From the NCBI GenBank assembly GCA_041192365.1, contig JBEENB010000003.1:2816-66815 (forward strand): a DNA stretch of 64,000 nt, given 5' to 3'. Of this stretch, positions 50,327 to 61,822 are shown one piece after another. Origin of the DNA: Actinomycetota bacterium. GTDB lineage: Bacteria; Actinomycetota; Actinomycetes; Actinomycetales; Microbacteriaceae. The notes beneath the pieces were generated by a model, which saw nothing but the letters and a program-made list of their open reading frames with translations, had not been told where the DNA came from and did not search any database. Position numbers and translations under genes: made by a program. Position 1 is the first letter of the stretch. The number at the start of each line of letters is the position of its first letter.

Positions 50327-51822
50327 ACGGTTGCTCCCGCCATCATTCGTCCCAGTGTCTCGCGTGACGTTTTCGCATCGACAATTCCGACGATGCGGCC
50401 GCGATACATCACGGCAATCCGATCCGCAAGAGACGTGACTTCATCCAATTCGGTTGAAATGATGACCACCGGCTTGCCCGCCTCGCGCGTGGCGATGATG
50501 CGGTCGTGGATAAATTCAATCGAGCCGACGTCAACACCACGCGTTGGTTGTGACGCAATCAACAGGTTGAGTTCGCGGCTGAGTTCACGGGCCACGACAA
50601 CTTTTTGTTGGTTACCACCGCTGAGTTTCTTGGCGAGCGTGACTTGTGACGGGGTGCGCACGTCATAGGCGTCAATAAGTTCCGCGGCGATGCGTTCACG
50701 ATTGGCAAAGTCAATAGTGAGACCCTTGGCGAAGGGTGGACCGTACGAGCGGTTGATCATAAAGTTTTCGGCGATCGTGAAATCCCCCACGAGGCCGTCT
50801 TTGGACCGGTCTTCGGGGATGTACCCGACCCCGGCGTCGATGACCTCGCGCACGCTCGAGTGGGTAATGTCCATCTTCCCAAGGTGAATCGACCCTGCAC
50901 TCGGGGTTCGCAAGCCGACGAGAGCCTCGGCCAATTCGGTCTGTCCGTTTCCCTGAACACCGGCAATCGCCAGAACCTCGCCAGCGTGAACCTCGAAGGA
51001 AACACTGTCCACGACCTTGTTGTTCCTATCGCCAATGACGGTCAGTCCCGTGACGGAAAGCCCAGCCTCGCCGTGCTTTGGAGCCTTTTTGGTGACAGAC
51101 AAATCGACTGCACGCCCGACCATCATGGTGGCGAGTGTCGCGGCGGAGTCCGTGGGTTTCGCTTCGCCGACAACGGCACCAAGGCGGATGACCGTGATGC
51201 GATCGGAGACGGCCTGCACTTCGCGCAACTTGTGGGTGATGAATACGATGGAGGTTCCCGCCTTGGCGAGACCCTTCATAATTCCCATGAGTTCATCGGT
51301 TTCCTGCGGGGTCAATACGGCGGTGGGTTCGTCCAACACGAGCACCTTGGCGTCGCGGGCGAGAGCCTTGATGATTTCAACGCGTTGTTGAGCACCGACG
51401 GGCAGGTCCTCGACCAACGCGTCCGGGTCAATCTCAAAGCCGAATCGATCAGAGATTTCGCGAACAAGTTTGCGCGCTGAATCAAGATCGAGCGTGTCAA
51501 GGATTCCCGTGGGCTCATGACCGAGCACCACGTTCTCTGCGACCGTAAACACGGGAATCAACATGAAGTGTTGGTGGACCATCCCGATTCCGGCCGCCAT
51601 CGCGTCGCCGGGTCCTTTGAACTTGTGAACGACACCGTCGAGCACGATGTCCCCCTCATCGGCAGTGTAAAGGCCGTAGAGGACGTTCATGAGCGTGGAT
51701 TTACCCGCTCCGTTTTCACCCAAAAGCGCATGAATCTCGCCGGAATTGACCACGAGGTCGATGTGGTCGTTGGCGACGAGCGCTCCGAATCGTTTGGTGA
51801 TTCCACGGAGTTCGAGTTTCAT
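50323..51822 (-). CDS. ABC transporter ATP-binding protein, tandem ATPase domains
   Basis: 499 aa. Walker A GENGAGKST, Walker B VLVLDEPT, second-domain signature LSGGNQQK. Confidence 0.93.
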   Translation of the reverse strand: MKLELRGITKRFGALVANDHIDLVVNSGEIHALLGENGAGKSTLMNVLYGLYTADEGDIVLDGVVHKFKGPGDAMAAGIGMVHQHFMLIPVFTVAENVVLGHEPTGILDTLDLDSARKLVREISDRFGFEIDPDALVEDLPVGAQQRVEIIKALARDAKVLVLDEPTAVLTPQETDELMGIMKGLAKAGTSIVFITHKLREVQAVSDRITVIRLGAVVGEAKPTDSAATLATMMVGRAVDLSVTKKAPKHGEAGLSVTGLTVIGDRNNKVVDSVSFEVHAGEVLAIAGVQGNGQTELAEALVGLRTPSAGSIHLGKMDITHSSVREVIDAGVGYIPEDRSKDGLVGDFTIAENFMINRSYGPPFAKGLTIDFANRERIAAELIDAYDVRTPSQVTLAKKLSGGNQQKVVVARELSRELNLLIASQPTRGVDVGSIEFIHDRIIATREAGKPVVIISTELDEVTSLADRIAVMYRGRIVGIVDAKTSRETLGRMMAGATV

Positions 51823-51900
51823 CTATTCATCCTTGAAGAGAATGGGACAGGGGCCGCCGAGACAGTGTCTCGACGACCCCCGACTGTAGCTTTTTACAGA

Positions 51901-52974
51901 CTAACCGAGCGGGTTGATTGACCCGTCGATGATGCCGGCCTGAAGTTCTGCCAGCTTGGCCTCAACGTCTGCCTGTGCGGTTGCACCGGAGTAGTTGGTG
52001 AGTGCCGACAGTGCCGTTCCACCGTTTTCGAGCGTTCCAAGGTAAACGTCACCCGTGAAGGCGCCGCCGTCAATCGCGATCGCCTTGATGATGTCGAACA
52101 CTGCGAGGGTCATGCGCTTCTCGGCCGAGGTGAGTACCCATTCTGCGTACTCAGGCGAGGTAGCGGCGATGTCCTTGTCAACACCGATCATGCGGCCATC
52201 GATGCCGGCTTCGGTGATGGCTTCGGATACTGCACCGAACTGGTCGCCACCAACGGGGAAGAGGACGTCTGCGCCGGCTTCAATCTGGCCCGCAGCAATG
52301 GTCTTCGAGGTTCCCGAGTTGGGGGTGAAGTCACCGATGAAGTCACCGGTCTCGGTTGCAGGGTCCCAACCAACGACGGTGACCTCTGCCATGTTGTCGG
52401 TTCCCCACGCCTTAGCACCGTAGTAGAAACCGGTCATGAAGTCGGTGACGGCAGGAATCTGCATTCCACCGTAGGTACCGACAACCTTGGTCGTCGACTG
52501 AGCTGCCGCGAGGTAGCCGGCGAGGTACGACGACTGGTTCATGGCGTAGTTGACGGGCTTGAGGTTCGTTGCACCGTTCGACCATCCGTCAATGGTGACG
52601 AAGCTCATCTCAGGGTTTGCTTCAGCAGCAACGTTGACTGCGTCCACAAGGTTGAATCCGACGGCGATTGTGATGTCGCAGCCCTGGTCAATCATGGCCT
52701 GAAGGTTTGGGGCGAAGTCATCGGGCGTTGCCGATTCGGCGTCCGCAATCTGAACTCCGAGCTCAGCTTCTGACTTCTGGAGACCTTCATATACCGACTG
52801 GTTGAACGACTTGTCGTTCCACGAGCCTTCGTCCGAAACGGCGCAGGCCAGGTAGTCAATTGTCTCTTCTGGTACGGCAGTTTCGGTGGGTGCTGCGGCA
52901 CAACCGGTCAAGATGACCGCGGCTGCGCTCGCAAGTGCGAGCCCAGTCCAGGCGCGCGATGTGATGTTCTTCAC
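51901..52974 (-). CDS. BMP-family (PnrA/Med-like) substrate-binding lipoprotein
   Basis: GTG start with a GAGAGGAA RBS. Signal peptide plus lipobox AAAVILTGCAAAP. BMP-type periplasmic binding fold (DKSFNQS..., GYLAA). Confidence 0.88.
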   Translation of the reverse strand: MKNITSRAWTGLALASAAAVILTGCAAAPTETAVPEETIDYLACAVSDEGSWNDKSFNQSVYEGLQKSEAELGVQIADAESATPDDFAPNLQAMIDQGCDITIAVGFNLVDAVNVAAEANPEMSFVTIDGWSNGATNLKPVNYAMNQSSYLAGYLAAAQSTTKVVGTYGGMQIPAVTDFMTGFYYGAKAWGTDNMAEVTVVGWDPATETGDFIGDFTPNSGTSKTIAAGQIEAGADVLFPVGGDQFGAVSEAITEAGIDGRMIGVDKDIAATSPEYAEWVLTSAEKRMTLAVFDIIKAIAIDGGAFTGDVYLGTLENGGTALSALTNYSGATAQADVEAKLAELQAGIIDGSINPLG

Positions 52975-53094
52975 AGGGTGATTCCTCTCATTGGATGGTG
53001 TGATCCGAGTCCAGAGGATCCCGAACCGGCACCACGACTGACCCCATCATATTGTCGGGACGGGCGAAACAGTAGTTTTCACGGAAGAAACGAT

Positions 53095-53121
53095 AAAAAA
53101 TCGCCGAATCGCTGATTTTTT
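53095..53121. promoter_or_regulatory. AT-only palindrome AAAAAATC-N11-GATTTTTT upstream of the nucleoside operon
   Basis: 8-bp perfect inverted arms made only of A/T plus one G:C. About 120 nt upstream of the BMP start and 30 nt after the manC stop. Conspicuous in a GC-rich genome; function not established. Confidence 0.3.
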
Positions 53122-53150
53122 GAGCTTTTTCGACGGATTCTAGGAAACGG

Positions 53151-54266
53151 CTAGAGAAGCGCGTCGTCTCCTGACTGGCGAATCTGTTCGACAATGTCTT
53201 TGACGCGTTGAGCGTGGGCAGCCGTCGTGACCAAAAGTGCGTCGGGTGTGTCGACGACGACGATGTCCTTGACGCCAATGAGCGAAATCAAACGCTTCGT
53301 CTGCGACACGACAACCCCGCTGGAGCCCTGATTTAGGACACGCGTGTTTTCACCAAGTGTCGCAAGAACATTCGCGCGCCCATTCGTGTGAAGCCTAGCC
53401 AGCGACGCGAAGTCGCCGACGTCGTCCCATTGAAAGTCCCCCGGGATGACGGCGAGACGGCCGTGTTCCGCCGCGGGTTCGGCAATGGAGTAATCAATGG
53501 CGACCTTGGGGATTGTCGGCCACACGCGCTCGAGCACTGCCGAGCGTTCGGGCGTGTTCCACGCGTCGGCTATTTCGTCAATGGGGTCGGCCACATCCGG
53601 TCGGTTCGTGCGAAGTTCTTCGAGAAGAACACTCGCCTTCGCGATGAACATTCCTGCGTTCCACAAGTGAGTATCACCCTCGACATAGTCGGTCGCTTTG
53701 TCCAGGCTGGGCTTTTCAACAAAACGAACCACTCGATGCGCGCGACGCGCCCCCGTGACGTCCAGCGCCTCGCCCGACTCGATGTAGCCGAATGCTGTCG
53801 ATGGCGACGTCGGACGAATGCCAATCGTCACGATGAACCCGGCCGCGGCTGTGGCAATTGCTTCATTTACCGCGGTGATGAATCGGCGTTGGTCATCGAT
53901 AACATGGTCGGCCGCAAACGAACCGATAATCGCATCGGGGTTTCGCCGAACGAGTATCGCGGCCGCGAGAACAATCGCTGCGGTCGAATCCTTCGGGGAT
54001 GGCTCGAGAACAGTGTTGCCGGCGGCGAGCATCGGAAGCTCGAGCGCGATGGCCTTCGCGTGGGACTTTCCGCACACCACCACAATGTTGTCCCCCGCGA
54101 TGGGCTCAAGTCGATCCCACGTTTCGACGAGGAGGCTTCGACCGCTTCCCGTGAGGTCGTGAAGGAACTTCGGGGCGTCGGCACGCGACAGAGGCCACAA
54201 CCGTGAACCGACTCCACCCGCAGGAATAACTGCGTAAAAGTTAGCTTCGCGATGTGAGCTCGTCAT
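53151..54266 (-). CDS. manC: mannose-1-phosphate guanylyltransferase
   Basis: 371 aa from ATG 54266: AVIPAGGVGSRLWPLSR, GYIE, and a left-handed beta-helix-type C-terminus. Confidence 0.9.
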   Translation of the reverse strand: MTSSHREANFYAVIPAGGVGSRLWPLSRADAPKFLHDLTGSGRSLLVETWDRLEPIAGDNIVVVCGKSHAKAIALELPMLAAGNTVLEPSPKDSTAAIVLAAAILVRRNPDAIIGSFAADHVIDDQRRFITAVNEAIATAAAGFIVTIGIRPTSPSTAFGYIESGEALDVTGARRAHRVVRFVEKPSLDKATDYVEGDTHLWNAGMFIAKASVLLEELRTNRPDVADPIDEIADAWNTPERSAVLERVWPTIPKVAIDYSIAEPAAEHGRLAVIPGDFQWDDVGDFASLARLHTNGRANVLATLGENTRVLNQGSSGVVVSQTKRLISLIGVKDIVVVDTPDALLVTTAAHAQRVKDIVEQIRQSGDDALL

Positions 54267-54273
54267 GTCCGAC

Positions 54274-54279
54274 AGCCTA
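54274..54279 (-). promoter_or_regulatory. candidate -10 element (TAGGCT) of leaderless manC
   Basis: TAGGCT on the minus strand ends 7 nt before ATG 54266. Confidence 0.5.
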
Positions 54280-54331
54280 CGCGAGGGGGTTAGACTGGAA
54301 CCAAATTGTTCGCGCTTCAGGAGGAATCGAG

Positions 54332-54733
54332 TTGTCAATCAATACCCCCAGCAGACCGAAAACCGTGTTTCGAGGGACGCTTTATCGCGGACACGAGGGC
54401 ATGTGGTCGTGGGTTCTCCACCGCATCACCGGTATCGCGATTTACTTCTTCCTGCTGGTCCACATCCTCGACACCGCGACCATCCGACTCGATGCCGAAC
54501 TGTACAACGTGGTCATGGCGTCGTACAAAACTCCCATTATGGGACTCGGCGAGGCCGTGCTCGTTGCCGCCATCGTGTTCCACGCGTTCAACGGTTTGCG
54601 AATCACCCTGGTTGACATGACCGCCTGGGCATCGCGCCACCACCGCGCTCTGTTCTATGGCGTGCTCGTGCTGTGGACCGTCGTGATGATTGCGTTCCTG
54701 CCCCGCCACCTTATGCACGTCTTCGGAGGGTAA
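54332..54733 (+). CDS. sdhC: succinate dehydrogenase cytochrome b subunit
   Basis: TTG 54332 preceded by AGGAGG (54319-54324). LHRITGIAIYFFLLVHI contains the heme-ligand His. Confidence 0.85.
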   Translation: MSINTPSRPKTVFRGTLYRGHEGMWSWVLHRITGIAIYFFLLVHILDTATIRLDAELYNVVMASYKTPIMGLGEAVLVAAIVFHAFNGLRITLVDMTAWASRHHRALFYGVLVLWTVVMIAFLPRHLMHVFGG

Positions 54734-54735
54734 TC

Positions 54736-55137
54736 GTGAAATTGCTCCGTCTCGATCGCCTCGCCTGGGTATTCATGCGTGTCTCTGGCGTGGTTCTCAT
54801 TGTGCTGATTTTCACCCACCTCACCGTCAATCTCATGCAAGACGGGGGCGTCAAGGCCATCGATTTCGCCTTCGCTGCGGGAAAACTTGCTAACCCGTTC
54901 TGGCAGTGGTTCGACGTCACCCTGTTGTGGCTGGCACTCATCCACGGAAGTAACGGGATGCGGGTCGTCATTGAAGACTACGTCTATCGCCCCGGGTTGA
55001 AGCGCGGCCTGTTGGTGTCCCTCGGAGTTTCCGCCGCCACACTAATCGTTCTTGGAACGCTCGTGATTTTCACTCTCGACCCCTGCCCCGCGGGTTCTCC
55101 CGCGGATTTGCTTCCCTCGTTTTGCGCTGCCGGCTGA
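54736..55137 (+). CDS. sdhD: succinate dehydrogenase hydrophobic membrane anchor subunit
   Basis: GTG 54736 preceded by GGAGGG. Three TM helices (VSGVVLIVLIFTHL...). Confidence 0.8.
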   Translation: MKLLRLDRLAWVFMRVSGVVLIVLIFTHLTVNLMQDGGVKAIDFAFAAGKLANPFWQWFDVTLLWLALIHGSNGMRVVIEDYVYRPGLKRGLLVSLGVSAATLIVLGTLVIFTLDPCPAGSPADLLPSFCAAG

Positions 55138-55159
55138 CCTATTACATAAGGAGTAAACC

Positions 55160-56908
55160 GTGACCACGGTTCATCATCACGAGTACGACGTTGTCATTGT
55201 TGGCGCGGGAGGTGCAGGAATGCGTGCGGCCATCGAGTCGGCTCCGCACGCCAAGACCGCCGTCATCACCAAGCTGTATCCGACGCGCTCGCACACCGGA
55301 GCTGCGCAGGGCGGAATGGCCGCGGCCCTCGCAAACGTCGAAGAAGACTCGTGGGAGTGGCACACCTTTGACACCGTCAAGGGCGGCGACTACCTCGTGG
55401 ACCAAGATGCCGCTGAGATCCTTGCCAAAGAAGCGATTGACGCCATTCTCGACCTAGAGAGAATGGGTCTTCCGTTTAACCGAACCCCGGACGGAAAAAT
55501 CGACCAGAGACGTTTCGGCGGCCACACCCGCGATCACGGAAAAGCACCGGTTCGCCGCGCGTGCTATTCGGCGGACCGCACTGGCCACATGATCCTGCAG
55601 ACGCTATTCCAGAACTGCACCAAACTCGGCGTCGAGTTCTACAACGAGTTTTATGTTCTCGACCTCGTGCTTACGGAAGAAAAGGGCAAGACCCGGACGA
55701 GCGGTGTTGTCGCCTACGAGCTCTCGACCGGTGACATTCACGTGTTCAATGCGACTTCGGTCATCTTTGCGACCGGCGGATTCGGCAAGATGTTCAAGAC
55801 CACCTCGAACGCCCACACCCTCACGGGTGACGGCGTCGGCATCGTGTGGCGAAAAGGAATCCCCCTCGAGGACATGGAGTTTTTCCAGTTCCACCCGACC
55901 GGACTAGCCGGCCTGGGGATTCTCTTGACTGAAGGCGCCCGAGGCGAAGGAGCAATCCTTCGCAACGCGAGCGGAGAGCGATTCATGGAACGTTACGCCC
56001 CGACCATCAAAGACCTCGCGCCGCGTGACATCATTTCGCGCTGCATGGTGCAGGAAGTTGCCGAAGGCCGTGGCGCCGGGCCAGACAAGGATTACGTCCT
56101 TCTCGACTGCACCCACCTCGGCGCTGAGGTCCTCGAAACCAAATTGCCGGACATCACCGAATTCGCGCGCACCTACCTCGGGGTGGACCCGGTTACCGAA
56201 CCGGTTCCCGTCATGCCGACCGCGCACTACGCGATGGGTGGAATCCCGACCACTACCGATGCCGAAGTCCTGCTCAACAACACGACGGTGATTCCGGGGC
56301 TCTACGCCGCCGGGGAATGTGCCTGTGTTTCCGTCCACGGTTCGAACCGTCTGGGAACAAACTCGCTCCTCGACATCAACGTCTTCGGAAAACGTGCCGG
56401 TCGCAACGCCGCCGCTTACGCCAACAAGGCGAAGCGCCCCGCGCTTCCCAAGGGCACTGAATCGTTCGTCGTTGAGCTAATCGAAAAGATGCGGACCGCG
56501 GACGGTTCGGAGAGCGTCGCGGCAATCCGAAAGGAACTGCAACTTGAAATGGATCGCAACGCCCAGGTGTTCCGAACAGAAGAATCGCTCTCGCACGCTC
56601 AGACAGTGATCGAGGCGCTTCGGAAACGGTACGAGAAGGTTGGCATCCACGACCGTGGCCAACGATTCAACACCGACCTGCTCGAAGCCATCGAACTCGG
56701 CTTCCTGCTCGACCTCGCCGAGGTTGTTGTCGTGTCGGCCCGTAACCGCAAGGAAAGTCGGGGCGGCCACATGCGCGACGATTTCCCCGACCGCAACGAC
56801 AAAACCTACATGAAGCACACGATGGCCTACAAGAAGGGTGAGAAAATCGCTCTCGATTGGAAACCCGTCGTCATCACGAACTACCCGCCCATGGAGAGGA
56901 AGTACTGA
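55160..56908 (+). CDS. sdhA: succinate dehydrogenase flavoprotein subunit
   Basis: VVIVGAGGAGMRAA, RSHTGAAQGG (covalent-FAD His), HGSNRLGTNSL. AAGGAG RBS. Confidence 0.97.
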   Translation: MTTVHHHEYDVVIVGAGGAGMRAAIESAPHAKTAVITKLYPTRSHTGAAQGGMAAALANVEEDSWEWHTFDTVKGGDYLVDQDAAEILAKEAIDAILDLERMGLPFNRTPDGKIDQRRFGGHTRDHGKAPVRRACYSADRTGHMILQTLFQNCTKLGVEFYNEFYVLDLVLTEEKGKTRTSGVVAYELSTGDIHVFNATSVIFATGGFGKMFKTTSNAHTLTGDGVGIVWRKGIPLEDMEFFQFHPTGLAGLGILLTEGARGEGAILRNASGERFMERYAPTIKDLAPRDIISRCMVQEVAEGRGAGPDKDYVLLDCTHLGAEVLETKLPDITEFARTYLGVDPVTEPVPVMPTAHYAMGGIPTTTDAEVLLNNTTVIPGLYAAGECACVSVHGSNRLGTNSLLDINVFGKRAGRNAAAYANKAKRPALPKGTESFVVELIEKMRTADGSESVAAIRKELQLEMDRNAQVFRTEESLSHAQTVIEALRKRYEKVGIHDRGQRFNTDLLEAIELGFLLDLAEVVVVSARNRKESRGGHMRDDFPDRNDKTYMKHTMAYKKGEKIALDWKPVVITNYPPMERKY

Positions 56909-57639
56909 TGTCCGAATTAGGCGTAGTGGAGTCTTTCAAGGTCACCTTTATCGTTCGACGGTTCAACCCTGAGACGGACCAAGAACCCTTCTGGCAGGAT
57001 TTCGACGTCGAGATGTATTCGACCGACCGGGTCCTTGACGGTCTCCACAAGATCAAGTGGGAACAGGACGGTTCGCTGTCTTTCCGTCGTTCGTGTGCTC
57101 ACGGAATTTGTGGATCGGATGCGATGCGCATCAACGGTCGAAACCGGCTCGCATGCAAGACCCTCATCAAGGACCTCGACATTACGAAGCCCGTTTATGT
57201 CGAGGCCATCAAGGGTTTGCCGCTCGAGAAGGACCTGATCGTCGACATGGAACCGTTCTTCGCCGCGTATCGCGAGGTCCAGCCGTTCCTGCAGTCAACG
57301 TCCAAACCGGATAAAGAGAACATCCAGTCACCCGAGCAGCGTGCCCGTTTCGATGACACGACCAAGTGCATTCTGTGTGCGGCGTGTACGACGTCGTGCC
57401 CCGTGTTTTGGACGGACGGGCAATACTTCGGCCCGGCCGCCATCGTCGCTGCCCACCGCTTTATTTTTGACTCGCGTGACGAAGCCTCCCAGGTCCGACT
57501 CGACATCCTGAACTCAAAAGAAGGCGTGTGGCGATGCCGCACCACCTTCAACTGCACCGAGGCGTGCCCCCGAGGCATCGAGATCACCAAGGCAATCTCT
57601 GAGGTTAAGCAAGCCACCATTAGCGGCGTCCGCCGCTAG
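56908..57639 (+). CDS. sdhB: succinate dehydrogenase iron-sulfur subunit
   Basis: ATG 56908 overlaps the sdhA TGA. Cys clusters CAHGICGSD...C, CILCAACTTSCP, CRTTFNCTEACP. Confidence 0.96.
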   Translation: MSELGVVESFKVTFIVRRFNPETDQEPFWQDFDVEMYSTDRVLDGLHKIKWEQDGSLSFRRSCAHGICGSDAMRINGRNRLACKTLIKDLDITKPVYVEAIKGLPLEKDLIVDMEPFFAAYREVQPFLQSTSKPDKENIQSPEQRARFDDTTKCILCAACTTSCPVFWTDGQYFGPAAIVAAHRFIFDSRDEASQVRLDILNSKEGVWRCRTTFNCTEACPRGIEITKAISEVKQATISGVRR

Positions 57640-57725
57640 GTTGTGCGCCCGGACTGTGCTGGCTTGCCCCGTCACCGCCCCGAACCTGGCTTGATTGCGG
57701 AAGTCATGTCGAAAGAGGTCCACTA

Positions 57726-58145
57726 ATGAAAATCGTTTGTGTCACCGCATGCTTTTCAGGAATTGTGCACACCTACATTGCCGCTGAAGCGTTTGAGCGA
57801 GCGGGCGCGACGCTCGGGCACAAGATTTTTGTCGAAACCCAGGGATCAGCTGGGTCAGGTCCCGTTGAAAAGGACATCATCGATTCGGCTGATGGCGTCA
57901 TTTTTGCGGTTGATCTCGAGGTCACGGGGAGAGATCGTTTCGCGGGTAAGCCGTATCTTCACGTCGACGTCCGCGCGGCTATTAATGGAGCCAACGGCCT
58001 GATCGAGCAACTGCTCGGACAGATCCGCGACGGCACAGCCGCCACGGTCGAAGTCGCTCAACTAGCAGCGGCCCTCCCCGAATCGTCGGACAGCGGCCGG
58101 ACGAAAAAGGGGTTCTTTGCGAAACTATTCGGCGGGGGACGCTAG
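57726..58145 (+). CDS. stand-alone PTS EIIB(Fru)-type domain protein with an amphipathic C-terminal tail
   Basis: 139 aa. MKIVCVTACFSGIVHTYIAAEAF, VETQGSAG and FAGKP align with the EIIB domain of FruA (VAVTACPTGVAHTFMAAEA, VETRGSVG, FAGKP). The tail is KKGFFAKLFGGGR. Confidence 0.85.
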   Translation: MKIVCVTACFSGIVHTYIAAEAFERAGATLGHKIFVETQGSAGSGPVEKDIIDSADGVIFAVDLEVTGRDRFAGKPYLHVDVRAAINGANGLIEQLLGQIRDGTAATVEVAQLAAALPESSDSGRTKKGFFAKLFGGGR

Positions 58146-58173
58146 CGCCCCTCGAGGTCACACCGCGCGAACG

Positions 58174-58179
58174 TAGGAT
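58174..58179 (+). promoter_or_regulatory. candidate -10 element (TAGGAT) of leaderless xthA
   Basis: TAGGAT ends 6 nt before ATG 58186. Confidence 0.45.
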
Positions 58180-58185
58180 TGAGCC

Positions 58186-61522
<3,337 letters not shown>

Positions 61523-61528
61523 GTTGCC

Positions 61529-61534
61529 AGTGTA
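61529..61534 (-). promoter_or_regulatory. candidate -10 element (TACACT) of leaderless glpK
   Basis: TACACT on the minus strand ends 6 nt before GTG 61522. Confidence 0.5.
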
Positions 61535-61617
61535 TTTGGCGGACCCTTTCCTTTCTTGGCCAATTCTTGGACATTGCCGTGGCGCGAAACTCACAACGGG
61601 GCTACCATGGAGAAAGA

Positions 61618-61745
61618 GCACGTGCTCCGGGGTCAGTGAAAATCTGAGCCGGCGGTCAAAGTCCGCGACCCGTATGGCCTCGGCCACGCGGTTGACCTGG
61701 TGAAACTCCGGGACCGACGGTTATAGTCCGGATGGGAGGATGCAC
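61618..61745 (+). promoter_or_regulatory. FMN riboswitch (RFN element) in the rib operon leader
   Basis: GCUCCGGGGUCAGUGAAAAUCUGAGCCGGCGGU...GUCCGCGACCCG...GCGGUUGACCUGGUGAAACUCCGGGACCGACGGUUAUAGUCCGGAUGGGAGGAUGCAC matches the conserved RFN core (compare B. subtilis ribD leader ...GGUGAAAUUCC...CCGGCGGU...CCGACAGU.AAAGUCUGGAUGGGAGA). It lies 78 nt upstream of ribD. Confidence 0.92.
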
Positions 61746-61822
61746 GATGGGGTTCACCGAAGGCTGGTGAGCCTCGCGACGCATTGTCGCATCCCCGGAT
61801 TCCCTGCTCAGAAGGAGTCCAC

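Noticed and set aside
53095-53121. Intrinsic terminator of manC
   Set aside because: The stem is almost exclusively A:T with an 11-nt loop and would be thermodynamically weak. Kept only as a possible operator or curved-DNA element.
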